Shown: positions 1 through 12,505 of the stretch, in pieces | Layout: every line of letters begins with the position of its first letter | How positions within the stretch are numbered: position 1 is the first letter of the stretch | NCBI RefSeq assembly: GCF_006345805.1 | Contig: NC_042998.1 | Span: 163,742,001-163,806,000 of the forward strand | Source of the DNA: Octopus sinensis | Lineage: Eukaryota | Direction: 5' to 3' | DNA length: 64,000 nucleotides | Position numbers and translations under genes: made by a program | The notes under the pieces: generated by a model | What the model was told of the DNA's origin: nothing | The model's input: only the letters and a program-made list of their open reading frames with translations | Database searches by the model: none

Positions 1-747
1 TATACTCTCTCCCTTGTTCTTCATCCTTTCTGGTTTTCTCTCCCACCCTTCCCTATTCTTCTCCTCTCCTCTTCACTGTTCCCTCTCTCTCACTCTTCCT
101 CCTTGACTCTCATCGCTGACATGTGACGAAAGGGAATCTATCTTTCTGCCCATTTCCTTCCTAAAGACAACACGTGCTTACACCTGTCTCCTCTCATAAG
201 CTCGTCCTCCTATCGTCCATAATAATTTTTCTATCGTCTTGGCTTAACAGCCCTCACTGTTTGTTTTTACTGTCTTGTTCTCACTGTCCTGTTCTTGTTA
301 CCACTTTCACCCTCTGCAAAAAATCCCAAATTTTATTTAATTTGCTTTGCAGGAAGGATTGTTTCAATGAAGTCACATATTGTCCTTGCCTTCGAAACAC
401 TGAGTAGATGAAACATAGACAACTGATGAAGGGGAATATTCTTTATGTTGCATGTCGCGTTTCTCTGGGGTTTTTTTTGTTTGAAAAAAAGTTTGTTTTC
501 TATGTTTTTGTTTTTATGTTTCTGTTTCTCATTGTGTTCAATGTTGTTTTGATGTCCTGTAGCCATATATGCATGTATATATACATGTATATGTAGGTAT
601 GTACATATATGTATGTATATATGCATATATTTATATATTTTTTTATATTGTTATATGACCGAATGCCATTCATCCTTTTCCAAGTAAGTTATATATATAT
701 ACACATGCATACACACACACATACACAGGTACAGAGAGAGTTACACA

Positions 748-751
<4 letters not shown>

Positions 752-795
<44 letters not shown>

Positions 796-906
796 AACAC
801 ACACATACATACATAGACACATATACAGATATGTATATACATTATATGTGTGTGTGTCATGTTTAATAAAAATTCTCATATCTTCCATCTTCTGTCTTTC
901 ATTTAC

Positions 907-937
<31 letters not shown>

Positions 938-1061
938 TATATATATATACACAAACACACACATACATACATAGACACATATACAGATATGTATATACAT
1001 TATATGTGTGTGTGTCATGTTTAATAAAAATTCTCATATCTTCCATCTTCTGTCTTTCATT

Positions 1062-1091
<30 letters not shown>
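752..1091. repeat. Tandem duplication (period 158) bounded by (TA)n tracts
   Basis: 791-907 is identical to 949-1065, with (TA)n before, between and after. Confidence 0.9.
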
Positions 1092-1097
<6 letters not shown>

Positions 1098-1271
1098 CTT
1101 TTATTTGTTTCAGTAATTTGGCCACGGCAATGCTGAAGCACCACCTTTTTAGTCGAACAAATCAACCCAAAGACTTATTCTATCGGTGTCTTTTTCCAAA
1201 CCGCTATGTTATGGGGACATAAACACAGCATCGGTTGTCAAGTGATGATGGTGGAGACAAACACAGACACA

Positions 1272-1308
<37 letters not shown>

Positions 1309-1473
1309 GACAGGCTTCTTTCAGTTTCTGTTTGCCAAATCCATTCACATGGTTTTGGTTGGCCTCCGGCTATAGTAGAAGACACTTGCCCAAGGTACCA
1401 CATAGTGGGACAGAACCCAGAACCATGTGGTTGGTAAGCAAGCTACCTGCCACACAGCCACTCCTGTGCCTAT
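1092..1473 (-). mobile_element. SINE family A; further partial copies near 4615, 11225, 12590, 12870, 16650, 36150, 40440
   Basis: Reverse complement of the consensus with (CA)n core. Confidence 0.88.
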
Positions 1474-2319
1474 ATTGAGAAAAAGAAGACAGTCTGAATT
1501 TTGGGTAATTTTTTATTAGTGATTTTGTTCATTTATCAAACTCGTCAAGACAAAATTAAAACAAGTGAAGAATTATCCAAAATTCTGATTGCCTCCTTTT
1601 TCAATATCTATGCACCACTTCAAATACTCTATACATGTATGTGTATGTATGTATGTTTGTATGTATTTATGTATACAAACACATACAGGTATATATATAA
1701 TTTGTTTTCATTACACTGTCTCAAGACTGTGTATGTGTGCATTCATGAGTGCCGTAGTGTGTGCATATGTGTATCTGTTAAAGAACTCTGATCTGTAAAG
1801 CATTAGTTTTGTATTTATGCGAATGTATGTGTGTATGTGTATGTGAGTGCATGTGTATGTGTCTGTGTTTCTGTGTGTGTGTGTGTGTCTGTGTGTGCTT
1901 GTTTTACCATTCCTTGACAGTGTTGTAGAAATCGTTTTTGGCCCTCTATCAAGAATGGAAAGCAATGTTTCTTATTTTTTTTTTTGTTTTTATTTTCATT
2001 TAATATATAACATTGGTTGTTAGCAGCTTACTCAAGTACAACATGTACAAATATGGCCAGCTTTTATATGCTCCAGGGAAATACAGTTTTCATAGCAACA
2101 TTATTCATTTTGTCAGCGTAAAACAGCGAGCAGTCACTATTGGATACTCCAGTAACCCCTGATAGCCGTGATCTGACCATCTTGAATCAACACAGTTACT
2201 GCATCACTTTACAATCGGTTTTGATTGTGATTTTATTTTTGCAGCTATGTCAAAGTTCGTTTTTGGAGTTTGACTCCAAACAATTAGTTGTAAGTGCTTA
2301 AGAGAAAATTCTTCAAAAT

Positions 2320-2775
2320 TTGGTATCATTATCATTGTTTCCAGTGTCATCATCATTATTGTCATTATTGCTGTCATCATCATCATCCTTGTCCTCATTG
2401 CTAGTATTGTTGTCATTTTCATAATCATTATTCATCATTATTTACCATCATCATCATCACATTCAACGTCATAAATGTTATCACTGGATTGTTTTTATTA
2501 TCATCATCATCTTCGTTATTACCATCATCATCATTGTTGTCATAAGTATTATTATCATCATCATCATTATTATTCTTGTCATTGTCATAATCATTATTTA
2601 TATTGTCATCGTTATTTATTCATATCGTCACGTTCAGCATCATTATGAATATTATCACTAGATTGTTTCAATCACGATCATCATCGTTATCATTATCATC
2701 ATAATCATCATTTTTGCCACTATTATCATTAATAATGTCATCATCATCATCATCGTCATCATTGTCATCATCAGT
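2320..2775. repeat. Degenerate (ATC/ATT/GTC)n microsatellite field
   Basis: Direct inspection. Confidence 0.9.
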
Positions 2776-3439
2776 AGTAGCACTGAATCTATGTGTATTT
2801 TTCCATTATGTTACAGATTAGATATTTCATTTAAGAATTTGGCATTTTTTTTCATTTTTCTTCTTCTTCATGGCTGTACATCATTTTAAATACCATCATT
2901 TCAACTAATATACCAAAGTTGGCTCTATCTATTTTCTCAACTCTGACACTGTAAAAGACTTTAGCTTCTTTGCAAGCCATGATAATTTGCTTACATTGTT
3001 TAAGTAGAAGACTCTCTGCCTAAGGAGAATATAGTTGTTTTGTATTAGTATTGGTGTTTTGCTCTTCTGCATGAGAAAAGTTTCAGTATCTTCTCTTCTG
3101 TTTATGAAACACACGAAAGAGACACCTATTATGAGTACATAGTGACTGCACTTTAAAAGATATGAACTATTGCAAAGATATTTTTGCGATGAAATTTCAA
3201 TTCTCAGTTGAACCATTTCCATGTAACTTGTTTCTTATTGTGCTTTCTGATTGAAACGAAGGTCTTGCATTAGCAATGTCCCTACAGCATACATTCTTGA
3301 AATTTGTTACACTAGCTAAACTGAAGTCCCTTTCTTCAGTAATTTCATTGTGTTTTAGACTGAAAAATGAGTTGATAGGCTACACTGAAAGGGAACTAAA
3401 CTTTGATTAAAGTAAAATGCATAGGTATAATCAAATAAG

Positions 3440-3755
3440 TGGAGATGCAATGGCCCAATGGTTAGGGCAGTGGACTCGCGGTTGGAGGATTGCAGTTTCA
3501 ATTCCCAGACTGGGCGTTGTGTGTTTATTGAGCGAAAACACCTAAAGCTCCACGAGGTTCTGGTAGTGGGGGCTGGCGACCCCTGTTGTACTCTTTCACC
3601 CCAACTTTCTCTCACTCTTTCTTCCTGTTTCTTGAGTAACACTGCGATGGACTGGCATCCCGTCCAACTGGGAAGAACACATATGCCATAGAAACCGGGA
3701 AACTGGGCCCATGAGCCTGGTTAGGCTTCAAAAGGGCGCATAAATAAATAAAATA
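3440..3755 (+). mobile_element. tRNA-derived SINE family C with V-domain-like core; minus copy at 42225-42538, relatives at 14832, 28500, 54545, 60858
   Basis: tggcccaatggttaggg A-box, gtttcaattccc B-box, ctgcgatggactggcatcccgtcca core, (TAAA)n tail. Confidence 0.8.
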
Positions 3756-4885
3756 ATTAGATAAGTGGAGAAGGACATATTGTAAAATTATATATAGCAC
3801 AGCAATAGACAATGCTGAATAGAGGAGAGTAATAAGAGTTGGGGTAATTTTAGTACTAATTTGGATAAAAGAAAGTAAAACAATAAGGAAAAGAATTGGT
3901 AAAGGGGCATTTCGAGTAACATCCACTAAAGAACATTTTGAAAATGGAAAATAAGAAGAAAAAAAACTGATACACCCCTGTTGATGTCAGTCTATCCAAT
4001 TCTGCCTTTGATTCTATTATCCAAAACACCAACTTTCATTTTGTAGGGTTTTTTTTTAATTTTCTTTTTACAAGTTAGAATACCACCATCATCACCTTCA
4101 TCATTTAATGTCCATTGTCCATGCTGGCATGAGTTGGACAGTTTGACCTGGGCTGGTAAGTTGAGGGGCTGCATCAGACACCGGTCTGATTTGACAGGGT
4201 TTCTATGGCTGGATGCCCTTCCTAACATCAACCACTCTGGGTGCTTTTACGTGCCACCAGCACAGGTGCCAATTGCAAGACACCAGTATCTTCATGACTA
4301 TGATTTTACTGGGTTTGACAGGTCTTCTATCCAAGCAGAGCATATTGCCAATGATCTTAGTCATTGTTATTGCCTCAGTGAAGCCCAATGCTCAAAAGGT
4401 GATTTTTACCTTCTGTAATAATTATATTTAAGAACCTATGTTAATCTATGTTCCAAGCATCAGCTTAAAAATTACTAAGTTCTTTTACTAAATCCTCCCA
4501 AATTTTTGATTATTTTCAAAATTAAATAAAACACTACAGTTTTGTGTTTTGTTTGCAAGAATCTTGATGTGAAATTGTGTGTTGAAACATTTTGTTTTAT
4601 TTGGAAGGATCGTCATCTTTTATCTTTTAATTGTTCCAGTCATTAGACTGTGGCTATGCTGAGGCACTGCCTTGAAGAACTTTAGTCAAACAAATTGACC
4701 CCAGTACTATTTTTTTTGTTTTTTAAAGTCTGGTACTTATTCTATCAGTCTCTTTTGCTGAACTGGTAAGTTACAGGTACATAAAGGCACCAACTCTGGG
4801 TACCAAGCAGTGGTGGGAAGACAAACATAGACACAAACACACATACACATCAGCATCAGCATCATTTTACATCCATTTACACGTA

Positions 4886-6145
4886 CAGGGGTTGGACAAA
4901 ATAATAGAAACACCTAGCACCATAGCATAATAATTTTGGAATATCCATAAAACCATCAAAAGCTTCTTTATTTTTAGGTTTTTTGATTTATTATTAGTGT
5001 TGCTTAGTATGTTTTGCTAAAATTGCTGCTTCTTTCTTGATATCATCAGAAAAAAGTAATTAAAATTCATTAAAATGACAGATCTATCAGACTTTCAAAG
5101 AGGTCAAATTGTTGATGTTCATATGGCAGGTGCTAGCATAATGAAAACAGCCAAAATGTTTAGTGTATCAAGATGTACTGTCTCGAAAGTAATGACAAGT
5201 CTTTGAGAAAAAATGGAAAAACCTCCTCGTCAGAACAAAACTCCGGAAGAAAACCATAACTTTCAGATAGGGATCGCCGGACTCTTATGTGAATTGTTTG
5301 AAAAGATCACAAAAGTAATGCTCCCAAAATTACTGCAGAGCTTAATGACCACCTTGAGAACCCAGTTTCCACAAAACTGTTTGCTGGGAGCTGCACAAAG
5401 CCAGATTTTATGGGAGGGCTGCAATTAGAAAACCACTACTTTCAAAACAAATGTTGCAAAGCATTTAGACTTGATTATACCCACAAAATTAGTCCCTAAA
5501 GCAGTAGAAGAATGTTATTTTCTCGGACGAGTCATCCTTTACCTTATTTCCAGCCATTGGCTGAGTATACATGTGGAGACAGCCAAAAGAAGCATTTGAC
5601 CCAGACTGCCTTCTTTCAACTGTTAAACATGTAGGAGAATCTGTGATGGTCTGGGGGGCTATAGCTTGGAAATCCACCGGCCTAATGGTTTCCTTTCATG
5701 GCAGAATTAAGACTATTTAAGCATTTTATTGGATCAAATTCATCCTATGGTTGCAGAACTGTTTCTGGAGGGAAACAAAATCTTTCAGGAGGATAATGCA
5801 CCAATTCACACAGCTAAAGTTTTTATTGAATGGCACAAGGAACATTCTAGTGAAGTTGAACATCTTATCTGGCCACCACAGTCCCCAGATTTCAATATTA
5901 TTGAACATTTATGGTGCATTTTAGAAAAACAAGTAATGAGTCAATATCCTCCACCACCATCACAAGAACTGGAGGCTGTTTTAGCTGAAGAATGGACAAA
6001 AATTCCTTTGGTAAAAATTCAAACTTTGTACGAGTCCATACCTCATAGAATTCAAGCTGTAATTACTGCCAAAGGCAGTCCTACTCATATTAAAATGAAT
6101 TTGCTTGAAATTTTAAGGTGTTTCCATTATTTTGTCCAACCCCTA
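4886..6145 (+). mobile_element. Full-length defective Tc1-superfamily DNA transposon (DD36E spacing), copy 1
   Basis: About 30-bp TIRs caggggttggacaaaataat(a/g)gaaacacct with TA at 4884-85 and 6146-47; transposase remnants MTDLSDFQRGQIV (ATG 5075), FSDES, QEDNAPIH, WPPQSPDFNIIEHLW; frameshifts and stops. Confidence 0.95.
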
Positions 6146-6210
6146 TACACACACACACACACACACACACACATATGTGTGTGTGTCTATATATATATAT
6201 GTGTGTGTGT

Positions 6211-6249
<39 letters not shown>

Positions 6250-6251
<2 letters not shown>

Positions 6252-6690
6252 CACAGGTATAACTGTATGGTAAGAAGTTTGCTTCCCAACCACATGGTTT
6301 CAGGTTCAGTCCCACTGTGTGGCACCTTGGGTAAACGTCTTTTACTATAACTCTGTACTTACCAAATTCTTGTGAGTGGAATTGGTAGACAGAAACTGAA
6401 TGAAGCCCATCATATATATGTATATGTTTGTATATGTATGTGTGCACATTTGTATGTGTGTGTGTGTGTGTGTGTTACTGTCTCTTTGTCTTGACATCAC
6501 ATGATAGTTGTAAACAAGTGTCACCGCCATGCAAGCAGTGTCCTTCATTTCTAATCTTCCAAGATATACTACCTTAATTGAAAACAGGTAAGGGTTGGTT
6601 ACAGGAGGGGCATTCAGCCTTAGAAAATCTACCTCAACAAACCCTGTTCAACCCATGTGAACATGGAAAGGTGGATGTTAAGTAATGATA
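6250..6690 (+). mobile_element. SINE with family A head and RTE-derived tail; related minus copies near 15890-16100 and 18190-18505
   Basis: Family A 5' part, then ggttggttacaggaggggcattcagcc ... acccatgtgaacatggaaa ... taatgat, matching the RTE 3'UTR. Confidence 0.75.
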
Positions 6691-9469
6691 GGGATATGTA
6701 TAAGGATATACATATTAATGTGTGTATTTCATACATACATACACAATATTTATCTATATACATTTATGTGTATATATATTTATTCTCACACGCATAGACC
6801 AAACTCAAAAGTACTTCAACTTGTAGTGTTCGTTTGCCAGCAAATTGTCCTTGAACAAGTTTATTACATTCAAATGTGTTATTTCTAAATGACACATAAC
6901 TGATGTCTTAGCATAAACACTGGTAAATCTAAAAAGATTATCAAGAACAACTGCAATAACAATAAGATGATGATGATGATGATGACAACAATCTAGTTAG
7001 TTTCTTGGAACCAAAAGCATAGATTCATAGTTCATTATTGCTTCTGTAAATAACCTGTCAGCACTTTATTAAAATGATACAGTAAACTATGTGTGTAGCA
7101 CAGTGAAGTAACATTTTTTCATATACCCATGTGTATAGTATTGGTGTGTTTTGGACTAGAAATTATAATTCTGTGCATACATAGCCAAGATATACTCCTC
7201 TTTTTTTTTCATTTTTTCACATCTTAGATGTTAACATTGCTGAACTTACAACAAAACTAACTGCAACAAATTGTTAGAAGAAATAAATAAGTAAACTAAA
7301 CATAAAACAAAATAGAACAATAAAAGTGTTAAGGATCTGTGCCAGAGACAACTGGTATTAGAATTGAAGTCAATCATGTGTAATGAGCCATTATTTTTGT
7401 CTTAACTTTCTGTTCATTATCTTCTCACCTGTAATCTTTTATGCAGGTGTATCTTACGGAAGACAACAGTGACGGTAACAAAAATAAAGAATAATATTAG
7501 ACATTATAAGATGACATATTGGCTGAGTCACTACAACACTGGATAGAATACTTAGTGTTATTTGTTCTGATTGTTTGTCTGTACTCTGAGTTCAAATCCT
7601 GCCCAAGTTAACTTTGCCCTTCATCCTTTCATGGTTGATAAATAAAGCACTAGTTTATGGGGGTAACAAGACAAAATTTCAGGAACATTGGACAAGGTAT
7701 CTTGCAGTTCTGTCTATTCTGGAACTGTGTGTTCTTTATTTTTGCATATCAGGTATCACATCCTTTATTGAAAAAAACCAAAAAGTGAAAGTGTGAATGG
7801 ACATGCTCTCTAACATGGTCTCCTCTGTTTCTCCCCACCACCACCCTGTCTTTCCCACATATCTTGCTGCTCTCTCTCTCTCCTCTTGCACCCTGGTTCT
7901 TCTGCAGTCATCTTCTGTCTTACCTGCTCTATTGGTCAAGTTGCTCTGAACAGAAACAACATGCACTCGTGAGAACCTTCTTTTGTTTTGCAGGATACAA
8001 AGTTACCTCACTTGCACTAGTGCCATGATAAATGTACCAAGTGTGTTTCAAATCCTACCTCCTGTCATAAAAAAGAAATTAAAAACACATAAAATGACAG
8101 TCAGGAATTGCAATTGGCAGACATACTAAAAAATCCTCTGGAAATAATATTTTCTTTGTTCAAGTGGAAGATTGGCAATAATGCAGTAAACTCCAGTTTC
8201 AGATAGTAAAGAGAAATATGCTCACTAATGAAACTTGAACCATGCTGTTTAACACCTGTCAGGCAACTGCATTACCAGTTACAATATAAACTACCTGTCA
8301 TTCCACCTCTTCAAATTTGGTGCTATTTCTGTCTAAAATTGCTACTTAAAATGTCTAATAGTATTTACATTAAGATCTTAACCAGTTAACTGATAAGAAG
8401 TCAGTGAATCGGCAAAAATCATTAACATTTTGGACAAAATACCTAGCAGAACTGTTTGGGCATCTTTTTATAATTCACAGTTCAAATCTCACCAAAGTCG
8501 GCTTTGCTTTTCGTTCTTCTGAGGTTGATAAAATAAAGTGCTTTGTTTAGTTGAGTGACATGGCAAAATTGTGAGGGGATTGGTTGATGAAGATGTTGGC
8601 AATAATGACAATGTGGGATATGATTTCAGGAAGATTTGACTGCTGTTTTTAGGTAGTCATATGACTACATAGAGTAAAAGTTCTCTCGTCTATTTGTGAT
8701 GTATTTTGTTGCAAGTAAGTTAAAAAGATATATTCCAATTTTGCAAAGTTTCATAAGTTCTGCTCATTAATATTAATCTTGAATATTAAGATTGAATCAA
8801 AGATTCTCTCTGCATTATCAAATGCTACTTGCATTTATTTGACTGACCAAAACCAGAGAGATTTTGCTCTCAGATTATAACAGTCTACCTTTGCTATTTT
8901 GTTTTCTTCTTTTTGTACGTGATGTTTATGATTGTTTTTGTTGTAATAATCTCGTTTACATTATGATGTGCAGGAAATATCCAATGAATATGCTCTAAAT
9001 GTAAATCTGCACGATAGTCTGGTGACTCTGCTGCTTATCTTCGGTCTACGTGGCAAGAAGAGAATGAAAGTTTACTAATGGATCCCTCTCCTGCAGAACC
9101 TTCTAATTTGATTGTAGATAATTGGCGAGGTCTTTTAATAATGCTGCAACAGACATACTAGGTAGGAAGGGGAACAGATCAGGGAAAGGAAAAGAAAGTA
9201 TATCTACAAAAATGAAATCACAAGAACATACAAATGTAGCAGAGACAAAGACGAGTATTTCAGTTTCTCTGTTATCTTTTGGTGCATAATAAATATTATT
9301 TGTTTGGGGGTGGGGTAGTTGCATTATTTCTAATTTGCTGAGGTGGTAAGCTGTCAGAATTGCTAGCACACTGGTCAAAATGCATAACACCATTTCTTCT
9401 GGCTCTTTATGTTCTGAGTTCAAATTTTGCCAGACCCTTTTGGGGGTCAATAAGAGAAGTGCCAGTTAA

Positions 9470-9685
9470 CCCTTTAGCATTCAGATTATTCTGATAAATA
9501 TAATACTTATTTATTCACATTGTTTTGAATTTATCACATTATCTTGTAGCTTCAAGATTTCAATGATGTGTTTGTTTACTTTTAGAATGACATTGCAAGG
9601 TAAGTGTGAGAGGCCTTATCTAGTTAGTATGAATACAAAATATAAAATATTTGGGCATGGCATGGCCAGTTTGATTGCTAAAGGT
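9470..9685. mobile_element. piggyBac-like MITE, family 2, inserted in a SINE
   Basis: TTAA at 9466-69 and 9686-89; ends ccctttagcatt / ttgctaaaggt; the interrupted SINE resumes after the TSD. Confidence 0.82.
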
Positions 9686-10049
9686 TTAAACACTAGGATC
9701 AATGTAATTGACCTCCCCCTCTCTCAAAATTTCAGCCTTTGTGCCAAAATTAGAAAAAGTTACCTCTAATTTGTAGACATTTTTCAGTTTATTGCAGTCA
9801 TCAGCTTTCCTAGAGGTAGTATGTGTAGTAATATTTATTTCAAATATTAATGGCAGGGAATAAATTGATTACATCGACCCCAGTGCTCAACTGGTACTTA
9901 CTTTATCAACTTTAAAAGGATAAAAGGCAAAGTGAGATTTGAATTTAGGACATAAAGATGGACAAAATGTTGCTAGGAATTTTGCCCTGATGGGCTGGCA
10001 ATTCAGTCAGCTTGCTACCTTTCAGATGGTTAATATTTTTTTGTTTTTA

Positions 10050-10352
10050 TATATATCCAGGCTATTCCCCATTTTTTTTAAGGAGTGGGTAGCCACAAGA
10101 TACACACCAGGCATTCCTTTCATTTCCCAACTCAAAGAGGTGAGCCTTGTTCTTTGCTCGGGTTAAGGCATGAAACGCAACCCCAAATCTCAGCAGTGGG
10201 GCCTGACAGCTTATGCTGGTTTACTCCTGCCACATCATGCTGGTTCTGAACCTCTTTGAGCAGCATCAAATTTACTCATCTGTCCACAGATACTCTCCAA
10301 GCTTTCCTCTCATTTATAAACTCTCTTGCCTCTCTCACACCAACTCTTCTGA
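10050..10352 (-). mobile_element. Interspersed repeat, probably a LINE 3' end; second copy at about 39490-39790
   Basis: About 300 bp colinear between the two sites, with a shared end at (TA)n-ccaggc; minus strand reads REFINERKAWRVSV. Confidence 0.6.
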
Positions 10353-12424
10353 CCTCTATGTGGAAACCTATCATGTATGTGACTTTGTGTTTGTACCCCT
10401 CCCACCACATGACAACTGGTGTTGGTTTGTTTATATCACTGTAACTTAGTGGTTCAGCAACAAAAATTTTGGGACAAGGCCAGCAATTTTGGAGGATTGG
10501 GTAAGCCGATTACATCGACCCCACTTCTCAATTGGTACTTATTTTATCAACTCCGAAAGGATGAAAAGCAAAGTGAATCTCGGCAGAATTTGAACTCAGA
10601 ATATAAAGATGGATGAAATACCACTAAGCATTTTGCTCGGCACAGTAACAATTCTTATTTCTTTATTGCCCACAAGGGGCTTCACACAGAGAGGACAAAC
10701 GAGGACAGACAAAGGGATTAAGTTGATTATATCGACCCCAGTATGTAATTGGTACTTAATTTATCGACCCCAAAAGGATGAAAGGCAAAGTCGACCTCAG
10801 TGGAATTTGAACTCAGAACGTAACAGCAGACGGAATACCACTAAGTATTTCACCCAGCGTGCTAACGTTTCTTCCAACTCCCCACCATAGAATTGTTATT
10901 CAGCACAGTAACAATTCTGCCAGCTTGCCACCTTAGTGAGTGTAGTAATATTAGCCATAGTAGCATTAGTAGTGATGGTTTAGATGTGGTTGAGAGATGA
11001 TAGTAGTAACGTTAATGGTGATGGTATTGACGGTGACAGTGGCAAATGTGATGGACAGTAATGACAATACTGGTAACAGTGAGGGTCTTAGCCATTGAGA
11101 ATATGAATACCAATGGCAGTAGCTGTGGTAGAGGCAACAGAAGTTGTGTTGGTGGAGGTGTCATAGGTGACAGCAACGGCGGTGGTTGCAAAGGTGTTGA
11201 GAGTGATGGATTGTGACAAATCTCTCTTTTCTTTTTTATTTGTTTTTGTCATTGGACTGCAGCCATGCTGAAGCATTGCTTTGATGAATACTTATTTTGT
11301 TGTTTTTGTTTGCCAAACTGCTTAATGTTACAGGGACATAAACAAGCCAACACTGGTTGTCAAGCAGTGGAGTAGGAGGTGAGAAACACAAAGACACACA
11401 CGCACGCACATGCACTTACAAGATTTGTAGGTCCAAAGCTATAGCAGAGGACCCATGTGTGAGGTACCACACAGTGGTACTTTACCTGAAGCTACATGGT
11501 TGCAAATTGAGCTTCTTAACCACACAGCCATGCCAGTGTCTATGTGAGACAACAATTGTCAGGCTGCATAAATAATGGCAGTAATGATGGGGAAGGAGGT
11601 TGAATATACTGCATTAAACAAGGGGGTGTTGGTGGTGTTGGCAGTGACAGCAGCAGTAGTAGTGTTAGTCAAACTTGTAGAAGAAATAAATTGAAGTGGA
11701 GCTAGTAATGGTACTAACAGTTGTGTCAATGCTAGGTCTTATTATTATTGTTATAGATACTGAAACTATAGCTTCAGTGAAGCCTAAACAATCTGCTGGG
11801 ACTCTATCCAAGAGAATTTCTTTTTTCATATTTTAATTGAGCTTTAGATAACCACAACTGTCCCTTAGCAGCAGAACAACCTCTATCTCTCTTATCACCC
11901 TCACTTATTCTTCACTCTCTCTTCCACTCTGACAACAACTAATTGGTTGATTGCACAGATTAAAAACAAATTCCAGATTGGTGGAAAACAATATTCTATA
12001 AACTAACTCAAGATAATGAGTCTCACTTTTAAATAACAAATTCTTCAGATCTTTTAGCTTGTTATTGTTGTTTTTTCTTTCTTTTTCTTTTTATTGTTTT
12101 ATTTACCTATTCTACTTCTGTTTTATTCTGCTCACATCCTCTCCCTAATTTCTAGTTCTCTCTGTTATGCTGCTTCCCACTTCCCTAATACACCAGCCAC
12201 ACATTAATAAATGTGCACCCTAATACCAAATGAAGGATGCTGTCTTCTGGCGCTCTCTTTCCAACTGGGGTGCCATGACATCCTGCAACAGGAATCACCA
12301 TATCCTTTTTGTAATTCCCCCACTTTAACTCTTTTATTACATTTGCCCATGGTCCACACGTGTACCATATCTTACAAGAAAATGAGATGACGAAGGAATA
12401 AATGGTTATCTTATGAACTTCATT

Positions 12425-12505
12425 AGCTTACAACTGTTTCTACTATACGATGTTGTGGACTCATAGCTGAGTATCTGAGTAAGACCATATAGCTTCATCA
12501 GAGCT
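12425..12505 (-). ncRNA. Candidate minimal type I hammerhead ribozyme
   Basis: Minus strand AGCU-CUGAUGA-A-GCUAUAUG...CGUAUAGU-A-GAAA-CAGUUG-UA-AGCU: complete core, 4-bp stem I, 8-bp stem II, minimal stem III; non-canonical A.A at the base of stem II. Confidence 0.6.

Noticed and set aside
174-1965. Many ORFs rich in Y/I/H/T/C/V
   Set aside because: Translations of (TA)n, (CA)n and (TG)n microsatellites and SINE A.
2929-3350. Minus-strand ORF ending KKLKSFTVSELRK (SAP-like)
   Set aside because: Resemblance limited to a few residues, adjacent frames broken, no clear splice signals.
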